From: an uncultured Spirochaetota bacterium
GTDB lineage: Bacteria; Spirochaetota; Brevinematia; Brevinematales; JAOACQ01
NCBI GenBank assembly: GCA_963796325.1
Contig: CAWCLF010000002.1
Location: forward strand, 823-64,822
Length of the DNA stretch: 64,000 nt
Direction: 5' to 3'
Part shown: positions 9,609 through 19,536 of the stretch, one piece after another
How positions within the stretch are numbered: position 1 is the first letter of the stretch
Layout of the letters: every line of letters begins with the position of its first letter
Position numbers and translations under genes: made by a program
Notes under the pieces: generated by a model
What the model was told of the DNA's origin: nothing
What the model saw: only the letters and a program-made list of their open reading frames with translations
The model's database searches: none

Positions 9609-10913
9609 TTATCCTCCGGATATGGACTGGTAAATAAGGTACAGGTTAAGCAGTATTATCAAAACAGCCGTGGCTGCGGCTGCAATCTTTATGACCGGCA
9701 TGTTCGCAAGATTTCCCATAATTTCCTTCTTCCCTGTAAAAATAACGAGGGGCACTACGGCGAAAGGAAGACCGAAGGAGAGCACGACCTGGCTGTAAAC
9801 CAGCACCCTCGTCGGCTCGAACCCCATAAAAATAACTGCCAGCGACGGGGCGATTGTGGCTATCCTTCTTATCCAGACTGGTATTTTTTTTCTTATAAAA
9901 CCCTGCATGATGATCTGGCCGGCCATCGTTCCGACCGATGAAGATGAAAGCCCCGATGCCAGGAGCGAAATTGCGAATACGATCCCGGCGGCAGGGCCCA
10001 GGATCGGGACGAGGGTCCTGTATGCGTCGTTTATTGTGGCTATATTTGTCAATCCCTTCCTGTAAAAAGTCGTGGCGGCCATAATGAGCATTGCCATATT
10101 GATAAGCCCCGCTATACCCATCGCGACCGTAACGTCTATAATTTCATAATGATAAAGCCTTTTCATCCTGACCGGGTCTTTTACCGATATTCTTCCCTGG
10201 GTCAGCGCCGAATGCAGGAAAATTACATGCGGCATTACCGTAGCGCCGAGTATCCCCGCCGCAAGCAGCACGCTTTCATGCCCTTTGAAGCCGGGTATGA
10301 ATAACCCTTCCGCTACGCTTTTCCAGCCGGGGGGAGCGAACACAGTTTCCAGGAGATAGCTTACCGCTATGACGCCTACCAGGGATGTTATCAGCGCTTC
10401 GAAAGGCCGGAAGCCGTAAGATTGAAGTGCCAGTATGAGGAAAGTCGTTAAGGCCGTAAGAATGCCCGCCATTCCCAGGGGTATGCCGAAAAGGAGGTTG
10501 AAGCCTATCGCCGCGCCTATGAATTCCGCAAGGTCCGTTGCCATTGCGACGATCTCCATGATGATCCACAGGATAAAAACCGTCCAGGCGGGCATCCTGT
10601 CCCTGCAATGTTCCGCGAGGTTTCTGCCCGTCGCTATTCCCAGCTTGGCTGAAAGGACCTGGACAAGCATGGCGGCCAGGTTCGAGGCCAATACGACCCA
10701 GAGCAGTTTATAGCCGAATTCGGACCCGCCCTGTATGTTCGTTGCAAAATTCCCCGGGTCCATATAGGCGATGCTTGCAATGAAAGCGGGCCCTAAAAAG
10801 GGAAGTATTTTGAAAAGGCCCCTCTTTTTGCCGGTCCCTGAAAGCACATCGAGCGCTCCTTTTCTTGCGCTTTCATCCATGCTTTTTTTTCTTTTCCTGC
10901 CGGTTACCGCCAT
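9609..10913 (-). CDS. mntH: Nramp-family divalent metal (Mn2+/Fe2+) transporter MntH
   Basis: YMDPGN and GATVMPH motifs; start set at ATG after GGAGG (alternative TTG 10937). Confidence 0.93.
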   Translation of the reverse strand: MAVTGRKRKKSMDESARKGALDVLSGTGKKRGLFKILPFLGPAFIASIAYMDPGNFATNIQGGSEFGYKLLWVVLASNLAAMLVQVLSAKLGIATGRNLAEHCRDRMPAWTVFILWIIMEIVAMATDLAEFIGAAIGFNLLFGIPLGMAGILTALTTFLILALQSYGFRPFEALITSLVGVIAVSYLLETVFAPPGWKSVAEGLFIPGFKGHESVLLAAGILGATVMPHVIFLHSALTQGRISVKDPVRMKRLYHYEIIDVTVAMGIAGLINMAMLIMAATTFYRKGLTNIATINDAYRTLVPILGPAAGIVFAISLLASGLSSSSVGTMAGQIIMQGFIRKKIPVWIRRIATIAPSLAVIFMGFEPTRVLVYSQVVLSFGLPFAVVPLVIFTGKKEIMGNLANMPVIKIAAAATAVLIILLNLYLIYQSISGG

Positions 10914-11054
10914 CGGGTCCGCCTCCGTATTAGACAAATTAATTTAATTAATAATTTTCAAAAGTCCAAATTTTCGGACACAAAAAAAAGAACGGGGCGG
11001 TTTAATTGAACGTTCGCACTGGATATATCGTACCGGTCCTTATATAATAAAATC

Positions 11055-11915
11055 ATGACAAGAAGCATGCGTATCCCGGCATTCTGCCTCGCCTTCCTCC
11101 TCTTTCCCCTGTCCATGACATTCTGCACGGATGCCTCTCCCGTTATATCCCTGGAGGCGGCCGGGGAAAGCGGCGGCATATACCGCTGCATTGTTTCATA
11201 TAAAACGAACGGTTTTATGAGAAAGATACCCCTTTATATCGTCAATTCCGGGGAGAAGGACGCAAGGAACCTGGTTTTGATCCTTCATGGATACAAACCG
11301 GCCGGGGACCCTTACCGACAGGATCCCGTCATAATAATTTCAAACTGGGGGCTGGCGGAGCTTGCCCCCGCCGTTCATGACGTATTTTTACTCCCGGACA
11401 TGGGGAAAACCGTTTATCCGCTTTATAAGCAAGGCTGCGGCGCCCCGTCCGATACAGCCGTCCTGAAGGATATATTTATTTATTTCGGGCGGAAATTTGC
11501 CGGAGCCGGGATTATTTTTGCCGGGATTTCGACAGGGGCGGAAGGAGCGGTCAAAATTGCCTCATGCTTCGGCGGCCCTTTAAAGGCGGTATGCCTGTCG
11601 GGAACTTTCGATTACACATTATTGAAGCCGCAGGAGGGGGAATACAGGATACATGAGGAATTCTTCGGCACAAATAAAGATGTGTGGGAAAGGGAGAATC
11701 CTTTGACTGTCCTGAAAACGATGAAAAAAAAGGAGCTATATATATTTTCCGAGGAAAATTCGATATACGATGCCCAGGCCGGCGCACTGATTGATGCGGG
11801 CCTGGCCAATATCGCCGTTCTGGATAAGAGAAACCTCGGCAAAGGCTTTAATCACAGCTGGAAGTTCTGGAAAAGCAGGGCCGTTTTATCGGAATTATCT
11901 TCCATTTTTCGTTAA
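11055..11915 (+). CDS. Secreted alpha/beta-hydrolase (putative esterase)
   Basis: Signal peptide; LHG, GISTG nucleophile elbow, NHSW catalytic His. Confidence 0.7.
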   Translation: MTRSMRIPAFCLAFLLFPLSMTFCTDASPVISLEAAGESGGIYRCIVSYKTNGFMRKIPLYIVNSGEKDARNLVLILHGYKPAGDPYRQDPVIIISNWGLAELAPAVHDVFLLPDMGKTVYPLYKQGCGAPSDTAVLKDIFIYFGRKFAGAGIIFAGISTGAEGAVKIASCFGGPLKAVCLSGTFDYTLLKPQEGEYRIHEEFFGTNKDVWERENPLTVLKTMKKKELYIFSEENSIYDAQAGALIDAGLANIAVLDKRNLGKGFNHSWKFWKSRAVLSELSSIFR

Positions 11916-11927
11916 CGGGGCTTCCCC

Positions 11928-14510
11928 TTACTGCCTCAATTTCCATTTTACCGTGAACGCCAGCGTGCCGATCGTGTATACGGCAAGGCCCAGGACGAAC
12001 ACCAGGGTGTAGCCGAACAGTATCGAACCGTATATCGCTACAAAACTCGCCAGTACCGAAAATACCCCGTTTATCGACCACATCCATGGGATGGAACTTC
12101 CTTCCTCGTTGGCCGATATCGCCCTGATACCCGAAGGCATCATGAATCCCATGAAGAAGCCCGACATAGCGATGAGGATTATTATAATGATCATGCGCAC
12201 GGCCAGCGCCCAGCCTATCATTGTCTGACTCAGCAGAAGCACGAATATATAAGAGAATACGGTCGCAAGGATTATTCCTGTCAATCCCGTGAAAATCGCC
12301 CTGTACGGATTTTTAAAGCGGTGGCTGAACATGCTCCCCGAACCGGAACTGATGAGAAGGCTCGAAAGCACTACAGCGAAAGCGAAAATCGGATGTCCGA
12401 GCAGGAGGGTATATTTCTGCATCATGACGATCTCTAAAAGCATGAACCCGAGCCCGAGCGAAGAAAAATATATAATGCTTGCAAATTTATGCGGCAGCTT
12501 CCGGAATCCTTTGAGGTTCAGGAATATAAGGGGAACTATCAGGAAGAGAGCGCAGTAAAACACGACCTGGGTCGTCACTTCGCGGAGAAGATAGAAAGGC
12601 TGGGGGTAAAAGAAGCTCACGGCCGACACGCCCCTTGTTATGGAAGCGTTTTCCGGTTTGATCCTCTGCGAAAAGAAGGGCCAGTCGTCCGTCGACGGCC
12701 GGATATCCGTATCGGAAAGGTAATATTCCCTTTCAATATTTTCCGACCTGATAAGCCTTTCCTCCTTTGTCCCGGTATGCGAATAAGGAGAATATATAAG
12801 GCCCTGGCCGATGGATGCGCCGTACCTTGCAAGGATTTCCGCTTCTGCAGTCGTGAAGGGCCCGTTTTTAAGAAGGATCTTGCATTTGTGGTAGGCCGGG
12901 TCCGGCTCGTCGAAGATCATTATGCATTTATCGAAGTCTGGCCTCTTAAGACGTTTGAATGCCTCCCTGAGGACGGTTGCGAACCTCGGCCCGTCGATAT
13001 AGGGATTCGAGAGATACATTACCCCGCCGGGCTTGAGATGTGAAATATAATCCATCATACCCTCGACGGTGAAAAGGTAGCTTTCCGCAAGGGTGAACGA
13101 ACCGGAGGAGACGGCGACCTGCGAAATCGAATTGTCGAAAACAAGGACGTCGTACAGCTGTTTGCTCGACCTTATAAAAAACCGGCCTTCCTGGAATTCG
13201 ATATTGACATTCGACCTTCGCCCGATATCTCCCAGCCTTTTCGAGTAGGTATCGTGGAAAAGATGATAGATAGTCCAGTTGAATTCGGCTCCCCTTATTT
13301 CGCCGGCTCCCGCCGCAAGCGCAAGGAGGATGTCCTTGCCTGCGCCCACTCCTACGATGCCTACGTCGGGCGGGTTCTTTTTTATGACATACGGGTAATA
13401 ATGCGCTCTTAAAACCTGTTTGAAACCCGAAAAATCGTTCGTCTGGAATATATGGTAAAGATATGTAAAGCATGAATAATCCGCTGTCACGGCCCAGACA
13501 TCCGGCGATCTTTCATGAACGGCGACATAAGCGAAATTGTCCCAGTCCGAAAAAATCTTGGTCCCGAATTTGCCGACGTTCCTTTTTTCATCGCTTACCC
13601 TAATACCGGTATTGATAACGAGGGGATATACAAAGTAGAAATCGACCGCGATCAAAAGCAGGACCGCGATTCCAAAAATAAAGTGCTTTTCGAAGGCGAA
13701 GACAGCCGCAGCCGCCAGGACTATGACAGAAATAATGAACGATACGACCAGGGGCCCGTTATGAGGAAAGATAATAAGGGCAAAAAAGCATCCGATGCCT
13801 CCCCCGACAAGGTCGAAAAAATATATTTTATTGATCTTTTCCTTGAAGTTGGTAAATATGAAGGAAAATATGTAGCCGGCGAATATGAAGGGAATAAGAA
13901 GGATCATGAGGAATATCGTTAAAAGTGATTTCTGCACATTCTGATGCAGAAGCTGGATAAGGTTCGCCCTATGGCCCTTCAGGAGAGGATCCCCGGAAAT
14001 CCGTTTCGAAAGTTCCTCGATTTTATCCTTGTGAAGAGGCGGATTGACAATTTCTTTGAATAAGAGCTGCACATTATCCTTCACGGCATTATCCGGCGCG
14101 GTTTTCTGCAGTTCTTTCGATACCCGGACAAGATAATCGTTCTGTATCGTTTCGGCCGCTATAATGTTCATTTCAAGCGGAATTTTATTGATCTCGACAA
14201 GAGCCAGCGGAATGGTTCCGGCCAGGATTATCGACGCCGCGACAAGTGTAATGACGGTAAAGTTCTTCAGGAAGCGGTTTGTAAAAAATACAAGCAGGCC
14301 TCCGAATCCGATCCCGAACAGGGCGACCGACAGGATAATGAACCCGAAATGATACCAGAATGTAAGCGAAAACATCCTGTTGAGTATTACTTCGAGGCAT
14401 AAAATAGAAAGCGATACCAGGAAGACGCCTACATAAACAGGCCATTTCGGTGCGGCAGCTATCTTTTCGGGATTATCGGCTAAACCGTCCGCTTTTTTGT
14501 TCTTGCTCAT
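11928..14510 (-). CDS. Membrane protein with central spermidine-synthase-like (class I SAM-binding) domain
   Basis: N- and C-terminal TM bundles (YFFDLVGGGIG; LGLGFMLLEI), VGVGAGKD, EGRFF, YDVL, PSTDDWPFF. Confidence 0.8.
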   Translation of the reverse strand: MSKNKKADGLADNPEKIAAAPKWPVYVGVFLVSLSILCLEVILNRMFSLTFWYHFGFIILSVALFGIGFGGLLVFFTNRFLKNFTVITLVAASIILAGTIPLALVEINKIPLEMNIIAAETIQNDYLVRVSKELQKTAPDNAVKDNVQLLFKEIVNPPLHKDKIEELSKRISGDPLLKGHRANLIQLLHQNVQKSLLTIFLMILLIPFIFAGYIFSFIFTNFKEKINKIYFFDLVGGGIGCFFALIIFPHNGPLVVSFIISVIVLAAAAVFAFEKHFIFGIAVLLLIAVDFYFVYPLVINTGIRVSDEKRNVGKFGTKIFSDWDNFAYVAVHERSPDVWAVTADYSCFTYLYHIFQTNDFSGFKQVLRAHYYPYVIKKNPPDVGIVGVGAGKDILLALAAGAGEIRGAEFNWTIYHLFHDTYSKRLGDIGRRSNVNIEFQEGRFFIRSSKQLYDVLVFDNSISQVAVSSGSFTLAESYLFTVEGMMDYISHLKPGGVMYLSNPYIDGPRFATVLREAFKRLKRPDFDKCIMIFDEPDPAYHKCKILLKNGPFTTAEAEILARYGASIGQGLIYSPYSHTGTKEERLIRSENIEREYYLSDTDIRPSTDDWPFFSQRIKPENASITRGVSAVSFFYPQPFYLLREVTTQVVFYCALFLIVPLIFLNLKGFRKLPHKFASIIYFSSLGLGFMLLEIVMMQKYTLLLGHPIFAFAVVLSSLLISSGSGSMFSHRFKNPYRAIFTGLTGIILATVFSYIFVLLLSQTMIGWALAVRMIIIIILIAMSGFFMGFMMPSGIRAISANEEGSSIPWMWSINGVFSVLASFVAIYGSILFGYTLVFVLGLAVYTIGTLAFTVKWKLRQ

Positions 14511-14563
14511 AAAAATATAACCCTCACGCTTATTTTATCGATTATTGACGTAACCGGGCGGCA

Positions 14564-15637
14564 TCAGTCTTCGTAACTGCGTCTTTTTACCGTATCGGCA
14601 TTCTCGTCCACTGAAAAGCCCAGCCTTGTAAACGGCCAATACCTGAACAGGGGTTTTCCGAAGATATTTTTTTCCGGAATGAACCCGAAGTACCTGCAGT
14701 CGTAGGAGAGATCCCTGTCGTCGCCCATGCAGAAGTAATAATTATTCATAACCTTCCATTCGGTTATCTCTTTGCCGTCGATGAAGAAAGATCCGTTTTC
14801 AAGGGTTACTTTCCTCCCCGATTCCCTCTCTATGAGAAGCTCTAAGAGGCCTTTATAAAAATCATTCTTTTCCTTGAGCTTTATTACATCGCCCTTTCTG
14901 GGCACATAGATTTCAGGGAACGAATTGTTCCGCAGTTCCCTCTTTGCAAGGGCCAGGTACTGGCTCTGGTAATAGGCTTCCTCGTTATCGGCGGCTATGC
15001 CCCTGAAAGCTGAAATACCGGTAAAATCTCCTTTCATTACGGGTATTCCTTCGTAAAGGTGCTGAACTATCCTCTTTTTGCCCTGGTATTCCTCCCGGTA
15101 CATGTTGAAGAAAAGCCTTTCGCGCCTTTTTTCAAGCTGTTCGTAGCTGGACTCGGGAACAGCCATCCGTACAGGCTCGACGTCTACCGGTATGCCGTTA
15201 ATAAAAAGGTCCTGGTTTGTCATGTAGATCCTGTCGCCGGGCAGGCCGACAAGGCGCTTTACCAGGTTTTTGGGCATGGCAAAAGTATTGTCAAGATTAA
15301 TAAGCGAAAGGGAAAAAAGGGATACAAGCTCCTTGTCGATGCCGGGACTTTTCCAGGCCGGTGAAACGAATACGATAATGTCGTTTCTTTCGGGCTGCAG
15401 GAGACCCGGCACCTTCCAGTTGAAGACGGGGATCCTGGAACCCATAGTAACCTTTTCAACCATCAGGATATCCTTGACAAGAAGGCTCGGGACCATGGAC
15501 TGCGACGGTATCTGGTAGGCTTCGACTAAAAAAAGACGTATGACAAAAGCTATGGCGTACGCAGAAAGGAATACGTTGATATTGTCTATTACTTTTTCTT
15601 TGAAAGTCATGTTCTTTTTATCTTTTTTCTGTTTCAC
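14564..15637 (-). CDS. lepB: Signal peptidase I
   Basis: IPSQSMVPSL (Ser), LVKRLVGLPGD (Lys), YFCMGDDRDLSYDCRYFG. Confidence 0.92.
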   Translation of the reverse strand: MKQKKDKKNMTFKEKVIDNINVFLSAYAIAFVIRLFLVEAYQIPSQSMVPSLLVKDILMVEKVTMGSRIPVFNWKVPGLLQPERNDIIVFVSPAWKSPGIDKELVSLFSLSLINLDNTFAMPKNLVKRLVGLPGDRIYMTNQDLFINGIPVDVEPVRMAVPESSYEQLEKRRERLFFNMYREEYQGKKRIVQHLYEGIPVMKGDFTGISAFRGIAADNEEAYYQSQYLALAKRELRNNSFPEIYVPRKGDVIKLKEKNDFYKGLLELLIERESGRKVTLENGSFFIDGKEITEWKVMNNYYFCMGDDRDLSYDCRYFGFIPEKNIFGKPLFRYWPFTRLGFSVDENADTVKRRSYED

Positions 15638-15655
15638 ATTTTTCTCCTATTTTCT

Positions 15656-16129
15656 TTATATGCTCCCCTTTTTTACGTCCAGGAGGGTTACACAGTAACA
15701 CTCCACGGTAAAAAGACGGGTATTCTCCGTGGTCTTCCCCTTGATGCCGATCCGGTCCGCGGGAATGCCGAGGACTCCGGATATCGCATCCTTCATTGCC
15801 GGGATATAAGGATATATTTTCGGATTGTCAATGATTACTACCCCATCGATATTGACTATTTCCGCCTGCGCCAGATACTTTTCTTTAACTTCGCCGAGGA
15901 TCCTGAGCCCGCTTATTCCTTTTGTCGATTTATCGCTGTCGGGATAAAGGGCGCCCAGGTCAGGAGCCCCCAGGGGCGAAAGCAGGGAATCAACAAGAGC
16001 ATGGATAAAGGCGTCTCCGTCGGAATGGGCCTTTGAGCCCAGGGAGCTTTTTAATTTCACTCCTCCAAGGTAAAGGTCCCTTCCATGAACAAGACGGTGC
16101 AGATCGTAACCCAGCCCGGCTTTCAGCAT
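15656..16129 (-). CDS. ispF: 2-C-methyl-D-erythritol 2,4-cyclodiphosphate synthase
   Basis: GxGYDLHRL, HSDGD..HA..D, KGKTTE. Confidence 0.93.
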   Translation of the reverse strand: MLKAGLGYDLHRLVHGRDLYLGGVKLKSSLGSKAHSDGDAFIHALVDSLLSPLGAPDLGALYPDSDKSTKGISGLRILGEVKEKYLAQAEIVNIDGVVIIDNPKIYPYIPAMKDAISGVLGIPADRIGIKGKTTENTRLFTVECYCVTLLDVKKGSI

Positions 16130-16130
16130 A

Positions 16131-17132
16131 CTACCTCTTAGGTTCGGTAAAAATTATCCTTCCGGCCGAGGTCTGGAGAATGCTTGTCACCTTGACATTT
16201 ATTCTCTTGCCGATAAAATTTATCCCGTTGGCGACTACTACCATCGTGCCGTCCGCAAGATAGCCCACTCCCTGGTTGTTTTCCTTTCCTTCCTTTATAA
16301 CATCGAGCTCCATTTCTTCGCCAGGAAGAAGCACCGGCTTCATCGCATTGGCAAGATCGTTCAGATTGAGGATCTGAATTCCGTCAAGCTTTGCCACCTT
16401 GTTCAGGTTATAATCGTTCGTGATTATGCCGGCAGAGAGTTCTTTAGCCAGAGCTATGAGCTTGGCATCGACCCCCTTTATGTCAGGGTAATCCCTTGAA
16501 AAAATCTTGAGGTCGAGCGTCTGGATCTCCTTCAGTTTATTAAGAACGTCCAGCCCCCGCCTTGCCCTGCTGCGCTTTATAGGATCCTTTGAATCTGCAA
16601 GAGCCTGGATCTCGTTAAGTACGAATTTGGGGAGTATAAGCGTGCCGCAGATGAATCCGGTCTCTGCGATGTCCGAGATCCTTCCGTCGATAACGACGCT
16701 CGTGTCAAGCAGTTTGACGTCGTCGCTTTTCTTTTCAGGTTCCGCCCCGAACGGGAAATTCAGCGCATAGCCTCCGTACTTCTGGGAAGAAAGAGTCGGC
16801 AGAATAAAACCCAGGTAGGAAAAGCATAATATGAAATAAGGCCTGATCATTTCAGCGACAGGCTTGATCTGATCGGTAAAAAGCGAGGGCATCATCTGGC
16901 TGAAAAGTTCATACATCAGTTTACCGCTGTAGAAACCGGCTATAAGACCCAAAAGCGAATAAAGAAATATCCCTCTCCTTGAATAGAAAAGGGTTTCAAG
17001 CAGGATCGTTAGAAGCGCCAGCACGGCAGCGTAGATAAAAACCACGAGATTGCCGCCGCCAAGATAATTTAATGCACTGAAAACTAAAAAAACGATAACA
17101 ATCAGCAGTTTCCTTTTTAATGATCTGGACAT
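16131..17132 (-). CDS. Membrane-anchored PIN/TRAM domain protein (YacL family)
   Basis: LLDTSVVIDGRI, ITNDYNLNKVA, GKExNQGVGYLxDGTMVVV. Confidence 0.92.
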   Translation of the reverse strand: MSRSLKRKLLIVIVFLVFSALNYLGGGNLVVFIYAAVLALLTILLETLFYSRRGIFLYSLLGLIAGFYSGKLMYELFSQMMPSLFTDQIKPVAEMIRPYFILCFSYLGFILPTLSSQKYGGYALNFPFGAEPEKKSDDVKLLDTSVVIDGRISDIAETGFICGTLILPKFVLNEIQALADSKDPIKRSRARRGLDVLNKLKEIQTLDLKIFSRDYPDIKGVDAKLIALAKELSAGIITNDYNLNKVAKLDGIQILNLNDLANAMKPVLLPGEEMELDVIKEGKENNQGVGYLADGTMVVVANGINFIGKRINVKVTSILQTSAGRIIFTEPKR

Positions 17133-17247
17133 AAAAAACTCCCTATAAAAAAACTATGTTTTCATTGATAATAACACAAGTATTAGAATACAAGGCAACA
17201 TTTTACATTAATTTACCAATTTTATCAATTATTACCCTCCCTATATA

Positions 17248-18012
17248 TTATCCTGCCGGAAACAGCCCTTTTAAAAAAACGATGTCCTTTTCAAAATCGT
17301 AGAGATCGGTCTGAGAATTTTTGACGGATTCGTTCGTGATATGAGAACCTGAAGGTATGAGTCCGGCCATCCTCTCAAGCGGAAAATTACCGTCCCCGTA
17401 ATGGTCATGCCTGTCGTAGAGGCCGAAATAATCCCCGTCGGTCAAATGGAAAATCTTGGGCTTAAGTTCGATGAATTTTTCAATGTACTCGATCGGGTTA
17501 TAATCCCTGGCGTTAGCCGCACAGACTGCATGTCCGAAGTCGAGGCAGAACCCTGAAGGAGTTTCCTCGATAATGTATAGTATCTCTTCCGGAGACGAGC
17601 CGTTGCATATAAGGTCTTCTCCCGATCCGTAATAAGGTTTATTTTCGATAACGATCCGGCCGTCGTTTATTATATTGAGCTGCCTTGCCGTTTCACAGAT
17701 ATCGCCGTTCACGCCCGGGTGAAAAATGACAGTGGCCGCCTTCAAAACGTCGGCAAACCTTTTCGTTTCACAGGCCATATCGAAATTGCCCTTTTCATTT
17801 TCTTTCTTCGCCAGATTCATACCGTCTTTGTAATGAGGGCCATGTATCACAAAAGGGATGGGGATGTCTTTCCAGGCCGAATTGAATTCGTCGAACGATC
17901 CGGGCACGATATAAAGCTCGATATAATGATAAACCTCGCTTTCATATAATTTAACGGCCGGCTCGATATAATTCCTGTTGATCGAATAAAGCTTCAGTCC
18001 GAAAAAATTCAT
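17248..18012 (-). CDS. AP endonuclease 2 / xylose-isomerase-like TIM-barrel protein
   Basis: HGP, FHPG, IENKP, LDFGHA, HLTDG, DRHDH metal motifs. Confidence 0.75.
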   Translation of the reverse strand: MNFFGLKLYSINRNYIEPAVKLYESEVYHYIELYIVPGSFDEFNSAWKDIPIPFVIHGPHYKDGMNLAKKENEKGNFDMACETKRFADVLKAATVIFHPGVNGDICETARQLNIINDGRIVIENKPYYGSGEDLICNGSSPEEILYIIEETPSGFCLDFGHAVCAANARDYNPIEYIEKFIELKPKIFHLTDGDYFGLYDRHDHYGDGNFPLERMAGLIPSGSHITNESVKNSQTDLYDFEKDIVFLKGLFPAG

Positions 18013-18150
18013 ATGCTCTCCATCTTCCATGATATAAAGCTTAAATATTATAAACGGTACAAGTCAAGAAAATTGAAAAAAGATTCAATAATGTGCCGAC
18101 AATCGGCTAATTTTAGAACATAATCCGTTTTTTATCAATAAAGCCCGCTC

Positions 18151-18241
18151 AGTCGACAGTCGAAAGACGACAGTCTGCAGTCGGCGGCCGATCTATCGAG
18201 TGTTGATTATACTGTTGACTGTAGACTGCCGACTGTTGACT
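18151..18241. repeat. Inverted array of heptamer repeats (AGTCGAC-like x5-6, spacer, ACTGTTG-like x4)
   Basis: agtcgac agtcgaa agacgac agtctgc agtcggc ... actgttg actgtag actgccg actgttg act. Confidence 0.75.
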
Positions 18242-18342
18242 TGCTTCGACAGGGCATAACCTTGAGTTTTTTCATAAAAATAATTAGACTATCGTCTCCT
18301 TTAGAAACATGTAAGATTATGCGGGAGGGAACCCTTTTTGTT

Positions 18343-19482
18343 ATGAGCTGTACCTGCCGGAAAGTAAGTTACCTTACCAGGAAAAAAACCATACGCTATC
18401 TCTTGTATTTTGTCGACGCCGTCCTGGGTCTCATATTTCACCCGGGCAAAAGAAAATTGCCTTCGAGAATAACCAAAATCCTTATCATAAAACCCGATCA
18501 CCTTGGCGATATGCTGCTCCTTACAAGCGTTTTCAAACTGATAAGGGAACGTTTTCCCGATGCCGTCATAGATATTCTCTGCGGAAAATGGGCTCTGCCG
18601 GTTCTGTCGAACAACCCTTACATCCGCAGGAAAATCATAGTGAATCATCCTTTTGCCAACCGGGACGGAACTTCAAAACTGAGAAAAATAAGGGATTTCC
18701 TGCGGACATTCCTGAACTCCCTTGAAGAGATCTGGCAGAGACAATACGACCTGGGTCTTTTTATGAGATCGCGAAGGGGCAATATGCTTTATCTTTCCCG
18801 GATCGGCAACATATCGTATTCAATCGGCCATGGCACAGCCGGTTACGGCCCGATGCTCAGCCTTAAGGTCGAATGGGAAAAGGGCCGGCATGAAACCGAG
18901 CATTTCCTGGAAATTCTGCGCCCCCTGGGCATCGATGCCGAAACGAAGGACCTTCATTATGAACTGTATCCTTCGGAAGAGGATTATATGTCGGCAGATA
19001 TGTTCTGGAAAAAGAATAAGCTGGGATCGATGAAAACGGCGGTGGTGCATCCGGGATCGGGTGTAATGAAAAAGACCCTGAAGCCGGAAAAATGGAAAGA
19101 GGTCCTGAAAATCCTTTCCATGCACAATTACAGGGTCATTCTTACAGGGGCCGGGCAGGAAGCCGGTTTTCTCCAGGAAATAGCTCCCCCCGATTCCATA
19201 ATAGCGGCCGGGACTTTCACCATACCGGGACTCGGCCTTATTTTCAGGAAATCGTCGCTCGTTATTACAGTGGACAGCCTAAGTTCCCACCTGGCAGGCT
19301 GGAGCGGAGTTAAAACAATAATATTTTTCTGCGGCATGGGGGATGAACGGCAGTGGCGGCCGCTCGGTGACAACATCAATATTTTACCGTCATTAAAGCC
19401 CTGTTCTCCATGCGAAGAGGGCTGCCCCGATATGCCCTGCATGGATTTCGATCTATCGATACTGCCTGAATTAATAATTTGA
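18343..19482 (+). CDS. Glycosyltransferase family 9 (LPS heptosyltransferase-like)
   Basis: KPDHLGDMLL, HPGSG..K, VDSLSSHLA, CSPC; start set after GGGAGGG. Confidence 0.88.
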   Translation: MSCTCRKVSYLTRKKTIRYLLYFVDAVLGLIFHPGKRKLPSRITKILIIKPDHLGDMLLLTSVFKLIRERFPDAVIDILCGKWALPVLSNNPYIRRKIIVNHPFANRDGTSKLRKIRDFLRTFLNSLEEIWQRQYDLGLFMRSRRGNMLYLSRIGNISYSIGHGTAGYGPMLSLKVEWEKGRHETEHFLEILRPLGIDAETKDLHYELYPSEEDYMSADMFWKKNKLGSMKTAVVHPGSGVMKKTLKPEKWKEVLKILSMHNYRVILTGAGQEAGFLQEIAPPDSIIAAGTFTIPGLGLIFRKSSLVITVDSLSSHLAGWSGVKTIIFFCGMGDERQWRPLGDNINILPSLKPCSPCEEGCPDMPCMDFDLSILPELII

Positions 19483-19536
19483 CATGAATAAGCATACATC
19501 ATTATAATTCATTCTGTTCAAATCAAGGGAAAAGCT

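Noticed and set aside
10963-10980. Imperfect palindrome GTCCAAATTTTCGGAC upstream of mntH, as a metal-regulator box or Mn riboswitch
   Set aside because: Weak symmetry, no clear MntR/DtxR consensus, and no yybP-ykoY structure recognised
15656-17132. ispD missing between the PIN/TRAM gene and ispF; carA missing next to carB
   Set aside because: Simple relocation is common and cannot be judged from one window
18151-18241. Heptamer array as a CRISPR
   Set aside because: 7-bp units with no unique spacers and no cas genes
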